A DNA stretch of 64,000 nt, taken from the NCBI GenBank assembly GCA_965287045.1, contig OZ336900.1, positions 12,586,001 to 12,650,000 on the forward strand, read 5' to 3'. The notes beneath the pieces are model-generated. The model made no database searches. It had not been told where the DNA came from and saw only the letters and a list, made by a program, of their open reading frames with translations. Positions 26,791-40,850 of the stretch are shown here, piece by piece (the first letter of the stretch is position 1; each line of letters opens with the position of its first letter). A program made the translations under genes and the position numbers. The DNA is from Carcharhinus amblyrhynchos (Eukaryota).

Positions 26791-27049
26791 GTAAGAAGGT
26801 CAGATTTCCTCCTCTCGGCTATGTTTGTTTTAACCCATTAGTCGGGAATATGGTGTATATTAGTCATGTTGCAATGTCAGTCATTTGACATATTTGCCAT
26901 TTGTCACAAACTAACAACAGCCGCCTCAAGTAAAGCTTTTAAATTACTGTTTCATGCCTCAGCGACTCCTTCCTTACCTGGTATTTGCAAAAGTTAATTC
27001 TACTGAAGGGAAATTGTCAGGAAAGCCACACACATACTCTGTCTATAAA

Positions 27050-27612
27050 TGATTGGCACCCCATCCATAACCTTATACAGTCATGCCTTTCATCTTGAAG
27101 TGTGGCTACAGCACATGCTGCATACAGGATGCTTTGCAGCAACTCACCAAGGCTCCTGTGACAGCACCTTCCAGACCTGTGACCTCTACCACCTAGGATA
27201 AGGGCAATAGGTGCATGGAAACACTGCCAACCATGAGTTCTTCTCCAAGTTGCACATTATTCTGCCTTAGAAAGATACTGCCATTACCTCATTGACACTA
27301 GGTCAAAATCCTACAAAGCTGAACTGTGGGTATACCTTCTCTACTCGGAATGCAGCAGTTTAATAGGGTGGCTCATCATCACATTCTCAGGGGTGTTTAG
27401 GGATTTTAACCCAGCATCAGTGAAGGAATGTTGATTATTTCCAAGTCAGAACGATGTGGAGAGGATCTTGGTGGTTTCCATGCACTTGTTGCCCTTCACT
27501 CGGTGGAGTGTCGTGGGTTTGGAAGATACTGTCACAGAAGCATTGGTGAATTGTCAAAGATGCCTTTGGCAATAAATACTGGCCTGATCAGTGACACCCA
27601 CATGTGAATGAT
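27050..27612 (+). mobile_element. CR1/L2-superfamily LINE 3' end containing an inverted internal copy (27401-27560)
   Basis: gattggcaccccatcc..gcagcaactcaccaaggctcc..ggtcaaaatcc. The tail ggcaataaatactggcc is shared with the SINE family at 18677. Confidence 0.7.
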
Positions 27613-29219
27613 TTAACAGGAAGCTGTTCATAGCAAAAAAGGTGTACTCTTGAATTTTACTTCTGCCTGGTCCAATAAATAACATGAGACAATAGATTAC
27701 ATTTTGGGAATTTAGATTCCCTACTTAATGGGGGCAAAGCTTTAAAAACTCTGGCTTTTTTATCTTCTGATTTACCTTGCTTTAGCTTTACCTCACAACA
27801 GAACTTACCAGTGAAGCTCTGTACATTATGTGTTGTAAAATAAGTAGTTATTTATTATCTCAATATTCTTAATGCTTGATTTGAGAATGTTTCCTAACAG
27901 CAATGATTTCATACAAAAAGCTATTCTAGTTGAAACCGGAGCTGGTAGCTGTAGATTCCTGGGTCAAATGTAATGGAAATGCAAGTCTGAAACCTTTGGG
28001 GACTGCAGCACAGACATGTTGGTCAATGGCTGGCATTCCCACTCTAGCTAATTGTTCGATGATATGGACAGAATTCAGATCCATTGTGCTCAAGGGCTTC
28101 TGCTGTAATGCTTATGTACAGATTGTTGCAACCTGACTGATCAAAGGTCAAAAGACAACTGTTCATTTCTCAAGGAAATCCATATTACTTTAGAACATTA
28201 TTGAAGACATTGCTAGCCCAGTCAGCACTGTCTGCTCACCCCTAGTGGCCTGTGGATAAATGTGGGAAACGGTACTGAGTCATTTAGACCTAGAAAGTCT
28301 CAGGGTCAAACCATGCCAATTTATTTTCTTCCCTTAGCCAAAGGATGCTATGGACAACCTCAATCATCCTAGCTGAGATCAGCAAATTCAGCACAGACCT
28401 ATGAACGATCCTTAGTCATTAGGACTCAATACCCTGTCACGCATTTATCTTTAACAAATTGGGTTGGGAAGTGCAGTGCTGACCAAATGTAGTTGTAGCC
28501 TCAGTAATGTTGTGTATTTAAAATAGATTTTGTTGAACCTGAAGAACACTCATCTTTTTAACTTCAGTCAGTGCTACTACAACATCTGCAACTTGTTTAC
28601 TGATGTTCCAATGTCCTAGATCTTGTGGTCTGTGAGGAAGGGTGCTTGCCACTGATTTCCAAGAAAGCTTCCAACAAAAGATGGGTAACCTTTGTGGTGG
28701 GATTTTGCCCTTTTCCACTGACCATTTCAATCTGGCTTCAAGTGAAAGGGATGTCTTAACGTGAAGCAGAAGGGTGGGAAAACCAGTTCAATAGTTGAAT
28801 CCAGTTGCCAGTTGGAAATTGAACCAATTGGCGACAGTGGATGCTAGTTGTTGCTAGCCAATCACCAGCATAGCCAACCATAAGCAACCAATCACATAGT
28901 GAAATAAGTTATGAATACATCAAGAAAAAAGCTAAAACAAAGATAAACAAGTTTAATTAAACAGAAAAACATTTTGTTTTAAAAATGTCATGTTTTAATC
29001 ATAGTGGATAAATTTGACATTGCATTGTGTAAAATTAGCTTTTCAGGGCCAGTGAGGGTGTTTAGGAGTGATTTATAAAATTAGTATGTTACCAAAAGCC
29101 CAATTACACTTCATTCAACTAAATGTAACTTTTTAGCAAGCAGTAACTTTTCAACAAGGTGTAACTTTTTTCAGAGTTTTTTAAGACGGACCAATAGTGC
29201 ATGAGTGGATTTTCGACTG

Positions 29220-29560
29220 CAATAACAAAAGCATATGTTTATATAGTGCCTTTAACCCAATAATATACCCAAGGCATTTCATAGGCATATTATAAAACAG
29301 AATATGACACTGAACAACATGAGGAGATATTAAGTCAGGTGACTAAAAACTAGCTCAAAGGTTTTAAGGTGTACCTTAAAGCAGGAATGCGAGGTAGATG
29401 AGTAGACAGGAGTTTAGGGCCTGAGCAACAGAAATTATAACCACCAGTGGTGGAGCAAGTTAAATAAGGGAAGTTCAAGAGGCTAGACTTAGATGATAAC
29501 CGATATCTTGAAGGATTGTTGGGTTAGAGGAGATTACACAGACAGGGATAGGCAAGAATA
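29220..29560 (-). mobile_element. Decayed L2-like LINE 3' fragment
   Basis: tttatatagtgcctttaac..cccaaggcatttcatagg is the reverse complement of an L2-type tail. Confidence 0.6.
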
Positions 29561-32500
29561 TCATGACATGGAAACAGGCTCAGTATAAGCATGAGAATAT
29601 TGGATATTATGATTGTAAGATCATAATTTGTGACAATGCTTCCAAAAACTTGTTATGAACCAGCATTTCAGGAATATGGGATCACTAAACTGCTGATCTT
29701 CCAATACCATATTGAACAAAGAATATTTGAGCTTAGGTTAGGGCAGAGATAAGAGTGAATGACCAATGTGAACTGTCATTGTGTTCTGGTGGTCTGGACC
29801 CCAGAAATATTAACCCTACAGTCATGGGAGTGAAACTAAGTTGTGTGGAGGAAGAAACACTTCACTAGCAGGTTCATCGAGATCTAATTCATATTAATCG
29901 GAGCTGTGTTAGTGAGTTTAACCTCTTGCAAACTGATTGTTAACATAATATTGTTCTTTTGATATGAACTGTGTTGCAATCCTACCATAACCAAATAGAA
30001 ATCCCTGAACATTTCACCTCTATACTCCCTGATTTCAGTTCTGGCACTGACACAATGCTTCATATCCTTGATTCATTTCAACTCAACAGTAATAAGACTT
30101 GCGTTTAAAACCTTCCCACATTGAAATGTCTCTTAAGTGTTTCACACAATGAACTACTTTTTTGAAGTGCAGTCACTTATGTCAGTATTTACACCAGAGG
30201 TTAACAACCGTGACATGATTACTGCAAGTTCACTAGGAGATAATTGTCGTTAGTTATGATAAAGGCTCTGTCTAGGATATATTAAACATGTCATATGAAA
30301 TCTGCTTTAATTGTAATAATCCTTTTTCCCTTCATGTGTGGAACCTGGTTATCATGATGAAAACATACAGTAACCTTTTGACTTTCTTTTAAAGGTACAA
30401 TAGCTTCTGGAGTGTTTGCATTAATGAGCTGGTGCCTAGGTAGCATAGCGAGTAGCATTGGCCCAGATTTTGTTGGAAAAATAAGGTGCACGCAGTTATT
30501 AGTGCATAAATGACCCAGCAATTGAAAAGAGAGGTGCCATGAGTAGCAAATCACCTCAAATTGCACCATTAGCCTCACAAAGTGGGAACAAGTCAACAAG
30601 ACACTGCGCCGCATGTCTGATTTAAATTCGCTACAGAAGGTTAGGACTGCAACTCCACAGCAATAAAAATGGGGGATTTTCTGGCCCAAACATGAAACTC
30701 AACTTTGGACACTCAGAAAGGGAACAGTTGAATTTGTGAAGTCTCGACCTCACGGTAGAAAATTGTTCCTAGAGATATTTTGACCATTCTACCTTTTCAT
30801 TACTTTTCCCTTCAGTGTTTTCTTCACCAATCTAATTTTTCTTTTGTTCCTTTATTGCTCTAGTGTATTAAATTGATCTTGTATCTCTTGTCAAATTCAC
30901 CGGACTTCCTTCTCTATTATTCAGTGTGTTTCTCTCTGACCTTGAATGTAACTGATTAAGGGAATAAACGTTTAGGTTGGAATTTTATTAGCAAGGGGTA
31001 AATACCGGTCTTGGAACAAAATGTGTGGCTCAAGGTTGCAATCTTCCTGGCACTGTCTTCTTAATTGGCCACTACCAAGTCCAACGTCTAGTGGGGCTGG
31101 CTCTCCACATTGTCAACCCAATCAGATAGGCAGAGAGGTAGCTACTGTTCAGGCTGCAAGAAAAATGAGAGGACGTATCCATTTTGAGATGCTCGCACAG
31201 GGGAAGGAGGTAATTGTTTTCTCTGCTGGGCCCAGGCAGGCAGACCCCAGTGGCTGGGGGGTAACTCCCACCCCTCTCAAAGGGAAATCACTTTGAGGTT
31301 CCCTCCACAGGGTTAGTGAATTGTTTAGAGGTTCAGTAACAGGAGCCCTCCCAATGCAGCTTTGTGGCATTTTAACTTCCTATCACAACCCCTCGCACCC
31401 CCATACAAACCTCCTGCCACCCAGAGACCAGCAAAACTTAGCCCTTAGTACCATCACTCACCAACACCCCAGTCCTCCGCTGTTATCATCTCAGTGTTCA
31501 GCAGTGTGCAGCATGAATCTAATTTGAGTTGAACGTCTGAGGACAAATATCCAGGTCAGAGGGCATGGGACAAATTTTGGACCAATATTTCATCTTTGGA
31601 TCCAGGCTTAAACCCACTCTGAATTGAGGAGATGAAAGTCTCTGTCTTGCTGGTTTTAACAGACCAAAGGTGAAATAAGTTTGGGCAATTCCATGCAGCT
31701 CCAGTGTCCCCAAAACTTCCAATAATTCAATACCAGCTGTCTTTGCCCAATGTCGGTAGTTAGTTCAGGAAGCAGAAACCCTGTTCTAAAACAGTAATGG
31801 TGCTTTTTTGGGATAATAGTGGGGAGAAATTCACTCCATGCAATTATGCGGTGAAGTCATGAGAGTTTATGATTTTATAATATCGCACACGGGCAGTCAG
31901 CCCCCATTGTTGGTCAAATAAGAGTGAGTCGTACATCCTCTGAACTCATTACCTGTGCTCCATTTGACCTGGGAGTGCCTCCTGTTGAAAGTGAAGCATG
32001 TTCAATTCCAGTGCAGCTGCCTCTCACAAAAGTCATTAAAAAAATTAGAGAGTGAAAATCAAGTTAAGATGAAAGGTTGCTTAAACCTAATTAAGAAACA
32101 ACATGAAAGGCCACAGTAGACGATATATATCAAAGGAATAGCAGCAGGTTATTCTTGGAGAAAAGATGCTTAATTTAGAATCCCCAGGAAAAAGTTATTT
32201 ATACTATTCTTCAGGTCTGATTCCCAGAAAAGCAGTAGTTAGATGAAATATGCTCTTAATTAACCGAATAGTGCCTCAAAACAATTGCAGCTTTTCCTTC
32301 CTAATTATTTTATTTAGCTGACTTAAATAAAATAGTTAAAAATTGGATACTAAGCACCAATGAGGAATGAACTTTACTTTTACTGGAATATGACAGATTT
32401 ATCAATCGTTCCTTCGCTGTATTCTCAATGAAGCTGTACATTATTCATCAAGCATGGCAACCTGACTTTGTCAATCTATGATAAGTACTTAAGAATGTAG

Positions 32501-35500
32501 AAACCAGACTAGCTTGTTCAGGCAATCCCCATGGCTCTATTTTGCGACCTTATCTTGCCAATATTCCTTGTGCCACTTCCTGACCAGATCCTGCACTGCT
32601 CTGAACTTCACTAAATTGGTAATTGATCCAATTCCCATTTGAATACTTGAACGGAAACATAATCGCCTGCATTTGGTGACAATCTATAGCACAAGCCAAC
32701 TAGCAAAGTTATTCTTTGAGCTGAACCTAGTTCATGACTTATTTTGCTTTTATTCAAAACTCTCTCGATATCCAGCTCTTGTGCAGAATCTCTGGATTCA
32801 TGTCAGACCTTCCATTCTGGGGACAATTTCACGAGGATGAAAGCTTCATCAAACACTGAAGAAGTGAGACGCAACAGTTGTGATTGAATTTATTTTATTG
32901 TTATAAATGCAGCCTATTCTAGTTATCTTTAGACACTCCCAGAAGCAGTGGGGGAACCCAGCTTGTATAGAAATTGATTAACATTCCCCTGTCTTGTACG
33001 TTAATCCACAATGTAATAATCAAACCCCTTTGTAATTTGGACTGGATGTCATATTTTTTGCATGTGTTTCTTTAGTTCTCGGCAACAGAAGACCAAGTTA
33101 AATTAGGTGAAGCAAAGCTTTGTTTAAATCATTAAGCTGCTTTATTTCACAGTGTGGTGAACATACATAGAAATAAGTTAAAATCAGATTCAACTTAGCT
33201 GTGTATAGTGACATATTAAAATAATGAACTCACTTCATTGAGCTATTTTACTCAAATTTAACATGATAACTCCTTTACATTCTATCCTACAGTCTTGGGC
33301 CAAACTTACTTTCTCTTTTGTGTTTCATAGTCTTTTGTCTATACAGCATCCCATTCCCATAAAAAAAATCAGAATAACCTTCTTACCTGTCAGGAAGAAA
33401 TCAAAACAAAACTTTTCAACAGGACAGGTGTGAAGCGTTTATCTGTTACAGAGACAAATCACCAACATGTTTAAATGTTTAAACTCCAGGGAAAACAACT
33501 TCTGACTAGCACATTAACTTCCTTTCATCTGATTTTAGATTCATATCCCAGCATGGAGTTGTCCTGAAAAGTTAACCCTCTTAAAGAAACCTTTAACTCT
33601 AAACTTTTCTTTAAAAACTCACATTTAGATCCATTCTCTTGGAAAATGGACAAAGAATCCTGAAATATGATATTACTAACATATTCACCAATGAACCTCA
33701 GTGCCTATAAGCAAAATGATTCTGTTATTCTCCAAAACTTCGATCCTGTCTATATGATAAAATTAACATTGACCCTTTTCTATAATGCACAGATATCTTC
33801 ATATCCACCTTCTAACAGGCTGGCTGCAACTGAAGAACTGTCCGCACTATAATTACCACCAATGTGAACTTTCCCCTTTTGATTTTTACTCTAATCGATT
33901 TAGTGTTCTTTTGTATCTACAATCCAGATCACTTGTAGCATATTGATGAGCTGATCAGATGTACACCATGGGTGCATTACATGATGCATTGTGTAGCAGA
34001 TAACACTCTTTCCTGTCGCACACGGTATTTATGTCACTGTTCTTTGGTAGCCCGAGTCATTTTGTCACAACTCACAAACTTCAATATATATTTTGTTTGT
34101 GATTGCATGTGCAGAAACAACTTGAAACAAAATCTATTCGCTTTTTTACTTCAGCATTTGTACTCATCTCCGCCTTACATGATTGAGATGACGTCAGGTC
34201 CTGTCACCTGTCAAAAATTGCAGACATGTTAAATGACATCAAATTGCTGTTGTCACACTCCAGTGAGCTGCAGAAGATTTCTCACCTGGTTTGATAACAT
34301 TAAAATGGGAGCTACTTTTTCATCTCTGATCAATGCTGCATTTGGATGCTGTGCAGCAATATTAATGCACTGCCTGTTGCCCATAACTAAAACAGTAAGA
34401 GCCTCGAAGCAACCTTCTTTCCATGGCAGACAACTGCACATTTGACAAAATGTGTTCAAGTTGGAGTAATGGGATTGCGTGTGCACTCGAGGACGTTGAC
34501 AATGTTCAGTGAGTTTAATATTTCATCCCGCACTAAAAGAATTCTGAAGAAAGCCACCTGTTGAATCTAAAGAGAAATTTGTGTTTTATGATGTGCAGCA
34601 ATGTGGCCAATCAAGTAAGGCTGCCATCTTAATCTGAATCACAAACAAATATTACTTATGAAGTGACTGTTCAATTATCATTTCATTGTGACATATAATA
34701 GGATATCGTACAGTTCAGTGTGTGATCAAATAAAGAAAATCTTGTCCACATTGTTGGAGAGGTTTTCCAAAATGTATAAAAGGAGAACATCAGTGTCTCA
34801 TCAGACATCTCTTCAGCTGGCATCAGCCACAAGCACCAATACATTTCAGGTTGGCACTCTATTCCATGTTGAACTTCAGCCAGGAGGCTCCTGAACTGAA
34901 GAAATAAAATTAATTACTCGCCCAGACACGTGAGCCAAGCATCTCTCTGTCAAAGCAGAAGATCTCCTTTGGTAAGCAGAGATGAGTGTCCTGGCCTCTG
35001 CATGTTTTCCTACGATGAGTCTACCGTTACTTAATCATTCTCCAACTTGAGCCCTGAGCTGTCTCCATTGTGTGGACAATAAATAGCACATTCCTGACCC
35101 AAAATATTCACACTCTGTGAATGCATGCATGGTATTTTTCTCAAGTTCACAAACTGACGCACACAATCTGTATTCTCAGTAGCGAAGCAAGTCACTGAAC
35201 ACCTGACTATTAAATATTGCGCTTTTTGGCAGGGGTTGTTTATACATACGTGATGTGTGATTTCTGCTGACAGAAACTAACTGACAATGGTAATTTTCAT
35301 AATAATAACTTCTTGAAGTTTTTCTTTCAAGGACAACAAGCGCTTTCTGTAAAAGTATTGTATTTCCTGAAGTGTGGTGGGGGAGTTGGGGGGGTGCAGG
35401 GGGAGGGAGGGGGGCAGGGCGGTGGTGTTGGTGGGTGAAAAAAGACCCTGGTGATTATATTGCCTGTAGACTCGTACAGAGCAGAAAAATCCCAACGGCA

Positions 35501-36000
35501 CTCCTGGTTTGTATCGTCAGTTAATTTCAGCTGACATGATTAGGAAGGAGAAAAGTTGGGCGGTATCTCTGCCCCTGGTCATTCTCCAAAGCCTCTTGTA
35601 TTGACTTTAATGAAAGCAGGATCAGAATTAACAGGCAAGTTCAACAATGAAGTGCCACTTGAGTGAGATACTGTAAGGTGGGAAGTGTCATGATGCCTTC
35701 AAGGAAAAGAGAAAATTGGAAAAATAATTGTACAAATTAACCTTTCCCAATGACCAACAGACATATAAAGGTGGTTCCTAAAGAGTTCAAGAAACCTTTA
35801 CTGTTACTTTAATGTATGCTTAAGCATTTTTTCATTGTTACCTATTTAATTAAAACCTGTTCTTAGAAACTGTTTCTTGGAATGGTAAATATTTAATGAA
35901 CTGGTTCTCTAATTTTGGTGCCTCTTGAACGTATTACCTGAATGTTCTCTTTCTTATGTCTTTGTACTCTCCTGTTTACCAATTTCTCATTCATTATTAG

Positions 36001-36084
36001 TTAAACCTGGCAAATTGCTCCCTTTGGTTTCATTCAGTCAGGAAAAAAACATTGGAGCCAACATACCAATGATAACTGAGTTGG
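36001..36084 (+). CDS. KCNMA1: KCNMA1 alternative cassette exon ('Ca27'-type insert before the Ca2+ bowl), 84 nt/28 aa, phase 1-1: (V)KPGKLLPLVSFSQEKNIGANIPMITEL
   Basis: Long UC-rich tract ending tcattattag| and TTGG|gtaagc donor. Homologous to the mammalian Ca27 insert AKPGKLPLVSVNQEKNSGTHILMITEL and frame-preserving. Confidence 0.93.
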
Positions 36085-36665
36085 GTAAGCAGCCCCTTTC
36101 TCCTTTTGTCCACAGTTTCTCTTCGCTCATCAGTTCTTCTTTTCATTTGGCTGAGAGAGATTTCTCCAGTGTCAGTGTCTTTCTTTTGCTGGCTATGATT
36201 GAAGTTGGCTGCCTTAGTTGTGTCCTTCTAATTTATTTTTAACGATTATTATTTTCACAGAGTATCTCTTGCCCTTTGACTTCACTGTTCTGTACTTGCA
36301 GCTGTTTCCATAGTATTTTGCTTGCAGTTCATTTCTGCAGCTTGAGCCTATTCATCAGCCTCTGTCATGTTGATTGACAGTTCTTTCCACAGCTCTTACA
36401 AGAAGGCTGAAAAGAGGGGGGGAAAAAATCAAAACAAGACTTCAGATCAAACCTTCTTTCAAACTGTTTATTTTTGCTAGATTTACTCTGAAGACAGAGT
36501 TCAGGGGTTACCAAAGCAAGAATAACTTCTACTTTGCTTGCTTGTGCTTTGCACTTTACACTGAAATATGAAATAAATTAGAGCAAAAAGTTCAGAGATT
36601 ACAGTTTCCAGTCTCTTTAAGCTGCTGTACAATTCGCCCATCGTGTATTTATGTCCTTCCCTTGA

Positions 36666-36878
<213 letters not shown>

Positions 36879-38159
36879 TGATCAGTCTTTTCTCTCCATT
36901 GCTTATGCTTGAACTCACAGGTTCCATCTGAGGCGCAGTTTTTAAAAACAGACCCTTTCTTATGAATCGCTCATTGACAGACAGATCCACTGGTCTTTTA
37001 AACCCAAAGCTAAGCTGGACTTGGTCAAGCCTTTGGGCATTTGAAGATCTCGCGTGCTATGTGTTTTAATAAGTGTGCTCTATTTCAAGGCAGCCGAAGT
37101 AAACTGCAAGTAATAACGTAGAACTGTACGTGAAGTGAAGGCATCCCTTCTATTAATTAAGAGGCATTTTGTTTTGTATAGCTGGTCCTTTTATTTCATA
37201 AGAAAATAGTAGTGTTGTCTGTATGGGTGCAGTTTTATATTACAGGTAGCAGCCTGCGATAATTACCTGGTCAAAGTGTGAAGGGATCAGCAGATGCAAG
37301 TTGTACAGCTGGCTTCACACTGTTCCTTGACCAGGAAGCTGGAGCGCTTGAGCTCTGCTTACAGGCATTCAAACGCCAGTTAAATTTTAATGGTAACTAA
37401 CAGCCGACGGGGTTAGTCACTCACATTAAAAGGTGGAAATCAAGTTTTTTTTGAAGTTCTCTGGCAGTCAGTGAACCAGCAGGGAGATGTTTAGAATTCC
37501 CTTCACACTGGTGCAGTTAAGGTGCAGCTGCTGGGATGCTGAAGCAGTGTGAGGGCACATCTCCTCAAGGCCCATTCACACTGCTGGTCTCTGTCCAAAT
37601 TGGACAACTTTACATCACTGTTGTAGTTTGCAGTTCACTTCAACTTGAAGCCAAAGCTCCTTCAGAATTGATGCAAATTGTGGAGCTTAACTAGCCTGTT
37701 AGTTTAACACTGTTTCGTTATAAAAGTACTAATGTGTAAAGTTTTTTTTTCTGGTGGTCTTGAACTGTGCTAAATATACTATAGGATCGATCCTTTGAGA
37801 CTTTTGATTGTAACAAAACCTGCTTTTTTAAGGGCGGCACATGTTTTCTCAAAATAAAGCACTGAGTATAAGAAAGCTGGGGTTACCTTGAAAACGATCA
37901 AAAGCTTTCAAAGCATCTCTTCAAAATAATAAGAGCCAATACAGTTAAGGCAACCGGTGATTTTTACTGAATGGATTTCTGAAATAATGGAACACAGTTA
38001 GCTAAGTGCTCCAATGTAGCTGAAATGTAATGGCTGGAAGAGTCACCTTTGACAGCCATCCTCTCAAAGTGTCAGGACAAGGCCTGAGTTTGCTGAACAT
38101 TAAATATTTCATTCAGCAGCCATTTAGGGCTTTCCCAGCACACGCAGGATGCTGAACAC

Positions 38160-39030
38160 CAGTAACTACTTGCATTTATATGCTGCCTTTAAAAATATCC
38201 CAGGAGCATTCTCAGACAAAATCTAACACAAAATATTCAGACAGGGAACCAACAGCTTGAACAAGAGGGAAGTTTTAAGGAGCAACTTAAAAGAAGAGAC
38301 AGAAGGATGGTCGACAGCGGAGCAATTGAAGATGTAAAACAAGAAGTATATTTCACAACACTAAAGAGAATCTTGTTAAGCTTTTCTTTCAACTCTCTGA
38401 GGCTGAACCAGACTGTTCAAAACCTTGGTGTCATACTCAACCTCCAGAATGAGTTTCCAACCAATGTATCTGTGCCACCTCCGAAGTATCGCCCTACTCC
38501 ATCCCTGCCTCAGTTTATCTGCTGCTGAAACCCTCATACTTGCCTTTGTTGCCTCTATACCTTACTATTCCAACATGCTTGTGACCGGTCTGTCACATTC
38601 TACCCTTTGTAAACTGGAGGTCATCCAAAACTTTGCTACTTATTCACATATAAATCCTGTTAACCCATCACCCCTTTGGTCACAGGCTACATTTACTCCT
38701 GATTATGCTGCCTCCATTTTAAAGCTGTCGGCCGGAATTCTCCCACTCTGCTCGCCACTGCAATTGTAGCAGACGTGTTGCAAACAACGTGAAGGCCCAT
38801 TGGCAGTTCAGCGGGAATTTCTGGAGAATTCCATCCCTCGTCGTTGTTTTCAGATACCTCTGTGGTTCCATTTCTCCCTATTTCCGGTAATCTTCTCCAG
38901 CCCCACAATCCTGCAATATCTGTGGTCTAACTCTGGCCTCTTGGGCATCTCTAACTTAAATTGCTGTACCATTGCTATTAGTTGCCAGCATAACTTCAGT
39001 TCTGGCATTTCCTCCCTAGACCTTGTTTTA
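38160..39030. mobile_element. L2-like LINE fragments in both orientations with a nested MITE-like insert
   Basis: ORF 38425..38769 has AAETLILAFVASIPYYSNMLVTGL..LCKLEVIQN, an L2 ORF2 C-terminal signature. Confidence 0.7.
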
Positions 39031-40850
39031 AAAAGGTGCTTATATAACGGACTGTTATTATTGTTTAATTACCAATAGGGCCAGGTAGTGTGAGTAAACT
39101 GTGCACTCACAAGAGCCAGACAAAGAAAGAAGCAAAACATAAATAGTAAGGAACTGGATGCAATAGATATGATCTTCCTCCATTCTTCGATATTTGCTGC
39201 AGCCTCAGATCAGCGATGTTTGGAGCTCTCCAGTGAGCAGAACAGACGTGGTTTCATTTCCATTTAACATAAATGTAAATGCAACTGACAATTTGTGAAG
39301 TATAGCCCCATTATTCTGGCATTAGAAACGATCTTTAGTTTATACAGTGTGTAAGCACTGGGGCTACAAATGCATGTGGATTTTAAAGGAAAATGCAGAG
39401 AGGTCCTTAATTTGTGAACTTGAGCGTGAAATATTAAAATAACTCAACGTATGTGCTTTGGAGATATTTTTTCTTTGAAAAAACAAAACACTGCACTATT
39501 CCCAAAGCCTTATCCCCAGTTCCTGAGATTCAATATTAAATCACTCACTGCAAGAAATGTGAAGTAACGTACCATGCAACAACAACAAAAAAAAGAGAAT
39601 TCATAAATCCCGTGCTGGCACCAGATGCAAATTTAAGTTGAATCCAAGTTGCACTAATAGGCGAAAGTTTATAAATGAATCTGTCAGATTGATCAGACAG
39701 TCCGACTTGCCGCAGTATCAGCCAAGTGAAGTTTCTGTCAACACACTTTTCACATACATTGCCATCAAATGGAGCTGTACTGAGCACATTAGATGACTTA
39801 ACAAGGTCACTGCAGCACCGAGTTCCCCAAATAACAATCCTTGAATGCTACGTGGGCTTGTGGGTATGGCACTGGAGCAATGTGCTTTTTGTTGGCTGAC
39901 GTGGTCTAAAAGGTGCCAGCGAGGAGGATATGGATTTCTGGGCATTGAAATACTCTGCTGGTTTGATGTCTCAATTTGGCCGCTTTCTTCGTTTTTGAAA
40001 AACAGTTAGAACAAAACATCATTCAGGCAACATTTCACATTGAACAAAGGTGTTGATGATTAACAGACAACTCTCATCTATCATCCGGGTTGACAGCATT
40101 GTCAAAATCACAGATAGCTGCCACATGTTAATGCTGAGCTTGCTTCACTAAGAGCCGTGCCTCTGTAATTCACTTATAATCACAATACAGTCCCTGGAGC
40201 TGCTCATTGTTTTTACTGGCTGAGCACTCTGAGCTGAATTTCCCACCGCTTGTTCCCAAAATAAAATCGGGTGATCTTGTTCTTATTTGTTTCTCCAACC
40301 GTCAGAAATTTCTGGTGAATCTCACTTGTTCCAACTCTCTAAATGTGGCAGTACTTGTCAATTACAGATCATGGCAGATGATTTCCAGGCTTATGTTGGT
40401 AAGGGCAGATGAAGATGGCTGCTAGCAGTCAACCCATTTATGTGGGACCTACGTTGTTTGTTTCTTCCAGCACTGTTCAAAATGAAGCAAGGAAAATACT
40501 GTATTTTGATAAAGTGTTTTACGTTAGTAGAATTTTCACTTTGTTTGTATCCCATTGTGAGCAGTTTTCATACAAAATATTCAAAGTACAGCTGGCATTG
40601 CAACTGGGGTGCAAGCAGCCAGGGCCAACATCTCTCATCTCAACCATTAATGTAGTTGTTGTCTTCTTGTTGGTGAAGCAATACTGTGTTATAAAAGTCT
40701 TTTGCATACAACAAGGCTGATTGTAGGTGTTGTGTATGCCTTTAAGGGGTAGGAGTATGCCATTGTAATATAAAGGCATTCAGCAGAGCAAGGGTTAATG
40801 AGGGACTGGAGAACAGTACTGTCCACGATATAGTGCAGAGGATCACATGA

